Shown: positions 51,177 through 62,056 of the stretch, one piece after another | Position numbering within the stretch: position 1 is the first letter of the stretch | Layout: every line of letters starts with the position of its first letter | NCBI GenBank assembly: GCA_046563655.1 | Contig: CM102286.1 | Location: forward strand, 3,720,001-3,784,000 | Direction of reading: 5' to 3' | Length of the DNA: 64,000 nt | Origin: Yuukianura sp. NJ FZ-2021 | Lineage: Eukaryota | Notes under the pieces: generated by a model | The model's database searches: none | What the model was told of the DNA's origin: nothing | Seen by the model: the letters and a program-made list of their open reading frames with translations, nothing else | Made by a program: the position numbers and the translations under genes

Positions 51177-53731
51177 ATGTTGTGGTGGTCAGCACTGCTA
51201 GTTGTAGTGATTTTGAGCAATAGTTTTGATGGTTCAGATGGAATGACCTCGAGGAGGTCACACAACGGAGGCGCAGACAAGAAGATTGTTTACATTGGTG
51301 GACTTTTGCCAAATGCGTCGGTCGTAATTAGTTCAATTCAAAATGCAATAAGAGACATTAACTACTCCCCTTCCGTGCTGAGTCATCATCAACTTCAATT
51401 CATTTTTGCTGAAAACGAGGTAAATTTTAAAATTTTAATAACAATTTCTGATTATGCAGCTTTCAAATATAATTTTGAAAAACCTTTTTGTGAAAATTTA
51501 CTAAAAATTGAGGCCATTCATTTCTCGTCGTGACTTTCTTCGAAGTTGAAGGAATTCAAGATTATTCAAGGAGAACGGCTAATAATTTGAGCAATTTTGA
51601 TATTGCGTCATATAATGTTGGACTAATTAGATATACTGTTGGCTATACGATATAAAAAATTACGTAGGAAAGAAAGTTATCATGCTGCGTCACACTAGCC
51701 TACATTTCATTTTCTCTTGTGCTTAAGCACCCGATGGCTTCTGTCACTTTGGCTGACATTGACATGACTTGTCCAAACAACTTATAATAGATTGGGCTGT
51801 TCCTCATTTACTCATATTTTAGCGTTTGACGTACAAAAGAAATTTTTTAATATAAAAATCCCAAAATTTTGGAAAATATGCCAACCAGCAATCCTTCTCC
51901 CAATAACCGCATTTTTTTCTTCTTTTGTGAAGGAATGTGACGTAACGCGTGGCTTTCAAACGTACCTGGATTTCGTTGATACTCTGCCCCGAAAACTGCT
52001 GTTACTCAATGGACTTTGTACTGAAATCATTCGGATGATTGATCGTGAATCGAGAACACCACGCGGAAATGCTCGTGCTTTGCAAGTATCCTATGCCACA
52101 ATGGCTCCATCATTTGACTCTAGTTTTCAGTCATCTCTATTTCGAATGCTACCAGCCGAAACGGACTTGATTATACCCAGAACTCAACTACTTCAAGAAA
52201 TTAGTAGCTCAACTCATGACAGAATTGGCCTTATTTATCAAAATCAACCAACGTATTCCGCTGCACACGAAGAACAGGTCAATCAACTAATTCGACTTAA
52301 ATTTGTACGGCTGGAGTCAGAAGGATTTGAACAATCCGCAACCGACTATGAATTGAGGTCACTTCTGCGCCGACTCAGAGACAAAAATGTCAACTTCATC
52401 TTGGGGAACTTCAACTCTGTCCGGGCGAGACAAATTCTCTGCCTTGTAAGTTGTCTATTGACGTTTTGTACAAACAATTTGTCACAAAACCTTCTTTCTA
52501 CAAAATTTAGGCGTACAAAGAAGGAATGTACGGAGAAAATTACACTTGGCTTTTGGCGGGAAATTTTGAACCGAATTGGTGGCGTTGGGTAGGAGATGAC
52601 GCAGACTGTTCAACGCGCAACATGGAAACCGTCATGGACGGAATGCTACGCATTGACATTTTACCATTTTATGGAAAAGCATTCGACAAGGTTAGTTTTC
52701 TACCGTTTCCCCCAAATTTTAATTAAAATTTGACATTTTTTTTTTCAAAATTCTATTTTTGGGATTCAGAAACATGAAGACCACTCTAGTTTCCACCATG
52801 GGAGAAGAACATCTAAGCTGGATGGCTACATTTACGATGCAATGTGGGCAATGGCCTACGCCCTTGATAATGTTTCCTACCACTACACCAAAATGACTCA
52901 CTCCCCACTACCAAATCCCACCGAAGATTTTATTAGCAACAACACCATTAGTTTTCAAAATCCTGTCTGGGACGAGGCACTCCATGTGTCCTTGGCCAAC
53001 GTAAAGTTCCAAGGCATTACCGTAAGTTCACTTTACAAATTTTTAGCACGCAAATTTTTTTGTTTCATATTCTTATTTACAATTTATAGGGTCCGGTGAG
53101 CTTCAACAGAAAAAATGGTCGAGCTGGTTTTGCACTGCTGGTAAAACAGTTCCAGTGTAAGTGGTTCACTTTCATTGATTATCATAGCTTTGACATATTA
53201 AAATATTCATTAATATACATTATACATTCCATTAATTTATTGGAAAATTAATATACATTGAATTAAAGTATTCATGAATCTATAAAAACTATGTTTTAGC
53301 AACTGCCGCTTCTGGCTATGACGAAGTAAACGTAGGAGAGTTCGACAGTGTGTCAAACACGCTAAACCTAGTGAAGTACCCACATAGAATGATCAAAAAG
53401 AGGTCGCAAATTGTGACTTCAAAGGCAACTACGCTTGCATCCGAATCTCATCCAAAACATAACGAAGTAAAAACATACACTTTCGCAAAAAAAGATATTT
53501 TTTGGGTTTTCTAAGTATAGCATTGGAACTTCCGGCACTAACTAACCAATTGAATTTGCTATTGACTAACAGGAAGCTGCCGACCAAGCTTTAAGACACA
53601 TCGCTGGAGTCGGTCCTGCGACAACCTCGGCTAGTACTGCTGTCTACATGGCCTCTACTGCAATAATATTAACCGCCTTTGCCTCTGCAATCTTTCAGAT
53701 CCGCCTTCAGACTTTGTTAGCTTATGCTTAG
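51177..53731 (+). CDS. GABA-B-receptor-like Venus-flytrap (ANF_receptor) ectodomain protein lacking the 7TM domain, with hydrophobic C-terminus
   Basis: Signal MLWWSALLVVVILS. IVYIGGLLP, AIRDIN..VL, ECD, QVSYA, LFRMLP, FILGNF..RARQILCL|AYKEGMYGENYTWLL, WW..CS, GYIYDAMWAMAYAL, FQGIT|GPVSF, VGEFD. Then KKRS, an S/T-rich spacer and AVYMASTAIILTAFASAIFQIRLQTLLAYA*. Confidence 0.8.
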
Positions 53732-54000
53732 AATCTTAAATTTACCATAAACTGTTGTTCTCTACAAGTAAAAAGTACAATGTAACAGAGTTGAATGTTA
53801 TACAACATTATAAAAGACGTTGGAATTATACTGCCATAGTATAGCCTTCTAGAGTTTTAGCAAGACAGAAATTTTCTAGAAAAGTTCCGGAAATGTTACC
53901 AATCATTCCTGCATTCCAATGTATTCGTCCAGTTGCAAATTATAGCGTCTCTGTTAGAGCACAAAATTTCACAAAATTGCTTTATAATTCAACAAATAAA

Positions 54001-54390
54001 CTAGTTTTTATTGTAGTGTTTTCTCAAATTTGGTGTTTTACGACGCTCAAATTTTCTTTCCATTTCGTTATCATCGAGCAGTTTTGAATACGGATTGTTG
54101 TAGCCTGAAGAGTGACCGTAACCGTATCCATGATGTTTTTTCTTTGTTCCAGTGCCATACCTGGAAATTTTCATTTGAGTTTTCAATTTTTTAAAACAAA
54201 AATATTTCTTTTGTTTTTAAATTTTTTGTCCTTACAGTCCACCATTCTCTCCATAATAGAACCACCAATATATTATCCAACCAATCAAGAATTTGATGAG
54301 TATAACGCCCCAGAACACCACGAGAGCACTAACTGTCCCCTTAAAATCAGTCCATTCTGGGCTTAGAAACCGAAATACTTCTAAACCCAT
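54001..54390 (-). CDS. Small single-TM protein with His/Gly/Tyr-rich tail (cluster gene D), 5' end unresolved
   Basis: VSALVVFWGVILIKFLIGWIIYWWFYYGENGG|LYGTGTKKKHHGYGYGHSSGY, joined by a GT-AG intron. Confidence 0.55.
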
Positions 54391-55020
54391 TGACTCAATG
54401 TTAGTTCCAGGATTATGATAAAGTTTTCAATTTTTCAATTGAAAGTTAAGTTTTGTGCGAGTCAATATGTATTATAATTAAGATAAACGTCTGTACTAGA
54501 GTTAGACTAAATGTACACCAGACTTAGATTTAGCTTTAGAAACGTGATGGCGTTCCGTTGCTCAAATTAAAACTAGATAGCGAGAACAAAGAACTAGTTA
54601 ATAACATTCAAATGAAGATACTTCAAAACAACTGACATACTTTTTACGCAGATTCAAAGTAAAAGTTTGTAGTTAGCAATTATGTTAAACTTGTTTTACC
54701 AACATTGAAATAATTTTCCAAACTTAGATGTCATGTTCAGACCTCTAAAAAAATACCAGGTAATGCTGACCTAATTTTAAAAAAAAGTTGAAATGATGAG
54801 AAATATCAAGACAACTTATAATATTAGAAACCGCATTTTTATTAAAATGTTTCAAAACATTGAAATTTCAAATTAAATATTAAAAAACTAGCAACGAATT
54901 AACAAAATTAAATCAAATAAAGTTTTTCCGTTGTAATTAGTTAGTTGTATCCAGAAATTGGCGAAAGTCGTGACTGCGAAAAGAAAAACGCGAGTTTCGC
55001 CAGGATTGTTACTGAATTCT

Positions 55021-55806
55021 TCAATTCTGTTCGTATTTTGCCATTATTGCCTCAATTCCCGCCCAAGCCATTTCGGATGCCGTGTTGATGAGGTTTTGTG
55101 TTGCAATGCTTCGTCCTAACCCATAACCATAACTTGGTTGTGGTTGATGATGTGAACTGGATGCCTCATATCCACCGCTATGGACAAGAAAATGGAAAGT
55201 TAACGAACATAACACTGCAAATGTCCATGTTATTGCTTTCTCTTTCTATTTTTTTGTTACCTATAACCTCCCTTCTTTTCTTCTTTGGCATAAATGGCGT
55301 AATAAATAATAAGGAAAATGATGATCCAGAAGATTGCCGTCTTGACCATAATAATAATAAAAATGACTGTTCCAGTGGCTCCGATGTTTCCGCCGGTCAA
55401 TGTGTTCAGAATGTTTTGAATATCGGCCAGTCCTACCTAAATTACAACTTTCTCAAGTTAGCCTACATCTTGCAATGGTGTATCGTACGCCCATGCGCTT
55501 TGCCTTTCCCGAAGTATCAATTTTAATTAGGACTGGAATTTCTTAGGTCAATCTAGGCATACTTTGATGTTAGGTTAAAACTTTTAAAACTTGATAGTAA
55601 AATCTTACATCTCCGATTTGGTTTAATCGCGGAAAAGCCACCAACGCCTGTTTTGCCCAAGGAATCGTGCTTAACCTCTTCAAAAATGTGGAGTTTTTGA
55701 TATCAATGGGACGCGTTGAATTAAGCGTTTGAGAGGTCACGAGTGTCACGGAGACGAGAACAATACACAGGAGTAATAGCCTCACAGATGCCTTAGGAGC
55801 GCCCAT
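55021..55806 (-). CDS. Signal-peptide plus single-TM protein with Gly/Tyr/His tail (cluster gene E)
   Basis: MGAPKASVRLLLLCIVLVSVTLVTS, TM GTVIFIIIMVKTAIFWIIIFLIIYYAIY, then KEEKKGGY|SGGYEASSSHHQPQPSYGYGLGRS..AIMAKYEQN*. Confidence 0.7.
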
Positions 55807-56449
55807 CCCAATGATTTTTTGGGAATGGTTCTGTCCGTTTCAAAGTGTTCGAATGATCAAGTAATGCCGCGCCGTGAATTTGTGCAAACAGTGATTTTCA
55901 AAATGAGCAGTCAGAAATGCGTTTAGAATAAATTTACAAGAAAATTTACTCAGAAATTCGAGTGATTAGAGTTAACCCACTTTCTATTCTAGGCAAAGTT
56001 ATGTGATAACTCACATGTGAGTGACTCACATGATTTAACCCAAATGTGATATACTTGAACACATTTTATTTTACACTTGAAACAGTTTTATATAGTCTTA
56101 CATAGCAAGTACTGCTAACGTTGCGGAATTTATGTCTTTCATTGACCGTCGGTAAGCACTACACACGAAAATGCCGACCCAAATCCAATTCAAATGCACT
56201 TCCTTCACCGGATTTTAAATTTTTCAAAAAAAGAGTTAAAGTATACCGAAAACTTCATTTGGAGAATCGATTTTTATTTTCTGTTACGTTTCCTTACAAA
56301 AAAAAGTTTTGGGTTTGGTACACGTAACAATAATTTATACTGTAATAATTGATACAGGTTGTACACGTAATATATATAACACTGGTATTGTAGCACCGTT
56401 AACAAATGACAATGTAAGAGGCGAGATAACAGTAACAGTAACATAAATC

Positions 56450-57527
56450 TTATGTCGTTGCTCCTTGAGCCTTAGTTTCACTTTCGTCCATAACGTACTT
56501 AACAGCCGACTTCAGCATCCATTTAGAAATGTCGTTTAAATTTATGCCAAAGCTTCGTGATATTTCGTCAAAGCTGGATGTCAAACTACGACTTGTGCCT
56601 GGAGTTTTGTAAGTGCTTGATGGCGCAGCGTACGCAGTCGCTGGAACTGCTGCGTAACTCGACGATGGCGTCCCATAGCTAGAGGATGGTGCACCATAGC
56701 TTGTAGATGGCGCTCCATAGCTCGTTGATGGTGCTCCATAGCTAGTAGATGGTGCCCCATAGCTAGTAGATGGCGCTCCATAGCTCGTTGATGGCGCACC
56801 GTAGGCTGCGGATGGCTTTCCATATGTCGTCACAGGTTGACCATAGCCTGCTACCGGAGTACCGTAACCGTAGCTTGGAGATGGCGCACCGTAGACGGGT
56901 GCAGGGCTACCATAAGCTTGTGATGGTGTACCATATGAAATTTGTGGTGACTGAGACCCATATCCATACCCGTAACCTGAACTCTCCTGGTACCCTCCAC
57001 CCCCGCTATGCCTTGAAACAAAGTTGATTTTGATCAAAAATTTACGATACATAAACAAACATTGGATGTAAAATTCAGAATTGACAAATTTCGAATAATT
57101 ACTTTTCGACCCCAAACCAAATCCAGAGAAGAATTCCAAGCACGACTAGCTTGATGCCCACCATTGCAGCGATAAAAACTCCAAGTGCAATGGCATCATT
57201 GACCGAAATATTTGCTAACGCATTTGTTATTAAATTGATGATTTGGTTTGCAAGATTTGTTTTTTCTCCAACAGTGAGACACTCTCGCCCCTTGACATCT
57301 TTAGTTTCGGCAATTTCAACAGGTTTTTTAACTTCTTTGGGTTTGACTGTAGTAGTTTCTGGAATCCGATCTTCTGTAGAGTCAATGTAAATCGTATCAA
57401 ATCGACTTGGACGAAGGAGATGTGCCGCATTGGCATTGAACCTTCCAGAAATATTTTTACTTTCACAAAATTTAAACAAAAGCAAAACGAACACAATAAT
57501 ATGATGCCATTTGGACTTCATTTTCAT
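56450..57527 (-). CDS. Signal-peptide plus single-TM protein with YGAPSTS repeats (cluster gene F)
   Basis: [51 protein letters not shown]. Exon 2 has HSGGGGY, about six YGAPS(T/S)S units, RSL..SAVKY. Confidence 0.75.
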
Positions 57528-59159
57528 CTGAAAACTAGAGTTAGACTAAAAGCGACTAAAGTTGGACATGAAAATTAAGAAATATCATTCATGAACTTGT
57601 ACTTTGTAGTAGTTTGTACGCATTACACGTCAGAAAATTTTTGAGCAGAAACTATGAATGAGATGGACCACTTAAATTCAAATTTTGCCACACTAACCAA
57701 GTTTACTAAACACCAAAGTGACTAAATCCTATGTTTGTCCCTTTGAGGAGCATGCGAACATTTGATTTTCATCGGCTTAAAAAATATGTGTTGCATTTAA
57801 AAAGAAAGTTAAAAATTATGCAGTGCACGCCAGCCAGGTTTTATTAACTTTATCTTATTATTTTTGCTTTGTAAAACATTTACTCCTGTGATGATTTAAA
57901 CGCCAATAATGATTTCAAATCTGAAATTTAATCCGTACTATCACTATAATCAGCTGTTTTCCAGTTTTACATTACACATTGTCAAATTCATAAAATAAAG
58001 CAATTATTTTTTGGATGTTACTTGTTAATAGATTATTGACCTCCTCGACTTATTAGAAAAAGTTGAATAAATTGAACATTTCTCCAAAAAAATTCTGTTT
58101 CGATAAGAAGAAAGGACGCTGAGAAACTTTCTCCGAGAAAAGAGCGCGAAATTCATAATTCATAAAGAAATTTTTGAAAAAAAGTCAAATTCAATTCAAT
58201 GAAAAACAAAACAAAAATACATTGTCAAATTGCTAAATAATGTTTTTCGTTGTGTCCTCATTGCACAATGGTTTTTGAGATAGGGCCTAGCACGCATAAA
58301 ACGATGTTGTCAAATCTGCGCGGTACTAACCGGGTAGCTTCATTTTGAAGTAATCTGTTAGGATTTAAGATATTTTAAGCTTTGGAGTACGGATGCTTGC
58401 ACAATACGGATGAGAAAATCAAGAAATACATTGTAGACATAGGACCCTGGAACGTATGCGATTCACCGAAAAGCACCGAATCGGATGCAAAAGTTTAAAG
58501 TGGCCCTTTGAACTATAACGTATGCTTAAGCTAAACTGCTGCGACGGGGTGCGTAAGTATAGAAACGACTGCGGGGGACGGGCCTGAACATACCCCTTTT
58601 AAGGCTTTTTGTCCAGCTGATTGCCACTTTTATCCGGATAGCATCCAGTTTTCATTCAAGAAAATGAGTTTTGTCCGGTCGAAATGAGTTTAAACCGGAC
58701 AAAACTAAACAATTATTTAACTTGAAGCGTATTGGGCCCCAAATGTCACGAATACAAAATATTTTATGTCAACGGTAACTTTACGACGTAAACCATTAGT
58801 TCTATAACGATTGGAATTTATGCGTTCTAGTAACATTACCAAAAACCACTGTGCATTGTATTGATTAATTGCAGTTATAAGTAGTTAACTACGTAAGCGG
58901 AAACCGGTTAATTTTTGTTATTCTCTCTACGGTTGTTCTCGGGTGAGATTTTTATCGTAAACTTCTTGTAATTCTGGAATTTATGTACTTTTGTTGTGGC
59001 TGTTTTTGGTTTAATTATATTCCAGATTGATTTCATTTATTGGTTGAAATTCAATATTAACGATGAATTTGTGAATTTGACGTTTCAACAGCTGACATTT
59101 GGGAAAGCTTCGGACGGACTGTGAACCTTCGACGTCTTACCCCTAAGTAACCTTTCAAG

Positions 59160-61525
59160 ATGAAATTGTCATCGATGCACGAATCTCGAGATATTTCTGA
59201 CGTATCGGAGCTTTACACTCCTGGGAATCTGTTTCTGAAACCAATGTCCAGAATCAATATCACAATTCACTTCCCAACACTGAAGAGCTCAATTCCAAGT
59301 GGCGGAACAATTGTCTCCAGTTGGGGGATCATGGAGAAATTGAAGACTCTTGTAGCACCGGATGAATTCATTTCTATCAAAACTGTGAAGAACACTTTGG
59401 AATTTATTAGATTTGAAGGTGACCTGGAAAACAGAACTGTTATGAAAAGTGTTCTGGGAAGACTTGACGGTAAAAGCTTGGCAGAAGTATATTTAAAATA
59501 TTTGACTAATTACATGATTTTCTTTTCTGCAGGAAAGAAAATGAAGGTGATTGGAATCAAGGCGCCATTGAAAATTCTTTCTGCAGAGACAAAAGTTCCG
59601 TTTCCTTCCAAGTACGACTGGGATTCGTTTTTTCGAGATGCTCGGAATATGAATGAAATGAAGCCGGGAGAGCGACCAGATACAATTCATTTTCAAAATC
59701 TTCCAATTGACTGGTTCCGTGAGCCAAGGTCAAAAGATTCCTCCAAAGGAGGAAAGGAGCCGTTGGAAATTGACCCAGCAGCACGTCCATCTGAACGAAT
59801 GTTTCGCAGAGTCTGGGAAGTATTTGGAGAAGTTCGATGTGTTGACATCCCGATGTTGGATCCATACAGGAACAAAATGAAGCCCAGTTTATCCGGGATA
59901 AAAACTTTCACCTTTAATCTCGATCGTGTGTTCGAAGGATACGTTCAATACAAACAGTACTTGGGCTTTGTGAAGGCCATGAATGCCCTTAGAGGCTCAT
60001 TTCTAGCTCACAGGGAAGACAACAAACTATTCGTTACTTCAATCAAGGTGCAAGATTAACTTCTAGTTGATCAATTTAAATTTGTCTAATGCGTTTTTTA
60101 AAATTACAACCAGGTGGATTTCGATAAAACTAAACATTTAAGCGCAGACTCTATCAATCAACGCGAGGCTGAGATGACAAAACTAAAATCCCTTCCGGGA
60201 CACGATGAGAAAAAAACTGGAGCAAAATCTACCGCTACAGCAAACCCGTTAGTGCCATCCTGTTTGTTAATCTGTCTATGTTAATGTGTCTATTGTAACT
60301 AAATGCACAATATTGTTAATCTAGGTCGAAATCCAACGAAACAGAAGATACTTCCGGAAAGGATAAAGATGCTCGTGACATGGAAATCAAAATTTTCAGG
60401 GAAGAGCGAAAGTATCTAGTCGCTCGACGAAAACTTGAAGCCATCAGACTCATTGACTTTCTCTTGGAGCGTCTCAAGGTACTACTTCGCTTAATGGAGT
60501 TCGCTGATCGTGGCCAATCAAAGTCTCCATCCAACAAAACCATTAAGCCTTAGTCAATCATCCTTCAGCAGCACTGCTGTTAAGGGGCAAAATCCCAAAA
60601 ACTTGTTATGAATCGGGAATATAGACGGGAATTTCAGGTTATGGTCGCCAAAACTAAATTAACGGGGCTTGTAGTAGATTTTTATATCATAGTATCAGTA
60701 TCGTTCTGCACAGAAGTAGTTCCCGAGTTTTAAAAAAAAAAACGCCAAGCCAAGGAAACCTCCTTTTGCTCGAGAAAGTTTCCTTGACGGTTTTTTTCAA
60801 AACTCGGGAACTCCTTCTGTGCAGAACGATAGTACAGTTGGACTTCCCTGTAATGTATTGCTAAAGTCTTCTGAGAGTATGGCTTTGCCGGTTTAGTGGA
60901 GTTCCGACTTTGATTGGCCAAGATTGTCCTGCGGAATGAAATCAACTCATCAACGGAATAATCCGTTTCGCATCTGAAGGCTAAGAAGATTCGGGTAAAT
61001 TCATTTGAATCGAAAATAGTTTTGAATTCTCAATTTCGAATTCTGTTTTAAAATTGTCCATTTCCTGGCCTCCAGGAAATCCAAGAAGAAAGGGCGTGGA
61101 GACGAAAGATGAAGAAGAAGCTACTAAAACGAGCTGCAGCAGCGAAGAAAGCCACCACTGCGTCTTCTGCGCAAGCATCCGCCGCTACGGCTCCAGTCCC
61201 GTCGTCGCCAGTTACCGAAGCTGCTGTGAAGAGGACTAAAACAGATGAAGAAATCAGTTTGGAACAAATGAGGGAACGACTGATCGCTGCAAGAAAGTTG
61301 GGTCCAGAAGAGGCAAGAAGAAAAGAAATGGCTGCCAAAAGTGTCAAACGAGCAATCCAAGGAACCAGGATAACGTCTCAAATTGCCACTTCCCGTCGAG
61401 TGACTCTGCGTCAATATCAAGAACAGAAGGGTTACGTTGAGTACTCCGGATATGCACCAATCTACGGTTCAGTCGCCGCTGATCGAGCGTATGAACGGTA
61501 CTTCCAAAGTCTCACTAGAAAGTGA
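59160..61525 (+). CDS. AKAP17A: A-kinase anchor protein 17A (SFRS17A/XE7) splicing regulator
   Basis: LFLKPMSRINITI, WGIMEKLK, FIRFEGDLEN, FPSKYDWDSFFRDARNMNEMKPGERPDTIH, VFGEVRCVDIPMLDPYR, FEGYVQY..GFVKAMNALRG, K|VDFDKTKHLS, ARRKLEAIRLIDFLLERLK. Last exon about 61076-61525. Confidence 0.9.
60511..60920. repeat. Nested inverted repeats (fold-back) inside the last AKAP17A intron
   Basis: Outer tggccaatcaaagtc (60511-60525) pairs with gactttgattggcca (60906-60920). Inner tatcgttctgcacagaagtagttcccgagtttt (from 60699) pairs with aaaactcgggaactccttctgtgcagaacgata (to 60831). Innermost caaggaaac pairs with gtttccttg. Confidence 0.85.
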
Positions 61526-62056
61526 TGCAGGAAGTTTTCGGAGGAATTTCTACTTTTGACATGACATTTGACATGCGTTGTAGTTTACTCTGTCAAGCAC
61601 ATTGCACATTGTCAGTGAGTTTAACAAAATAAATTATTCTGTTTAGCATAACAAAGGAATCCATGTACATATTTTCTTCAAATCGTCAACATTTTTTTTA
61701 TTTCCTTGAAAAAAAATTGTTTTCAAGGCAGACAATTACTTTACAACATAATGCACCTTTGAAAATTATAATTCAGGTCGCGTGTCATTATTTCTTCAGG
61801 TGACCTGGCTATTGACACGCGTTCAGTTTTATTTAAAGTTATACCCAAGGCGCTTTGAAATTATGACTTCAAGTTTTATTGTTCTAAGGCTATGTGTTTT
61901 GACTTTGGTAAATTAGCTAGAATAATCTAAATGAGTTCATCAATTTATTTTTAATGTACGAACGCTTATGATTTTGTACAAATACTTTATTAAACAGGAG
62001 AAAAACAATTTGAGCGCGTGATTTTAAAAATTTCCGATGTCACCTCACAGTTGAAT

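Noticed and set aside
58380..58740. GC-richer intergenic patch with short stems upstream of AKAP17A
   Set aside because: No tRNA, snRNA or element termini could be recognised.
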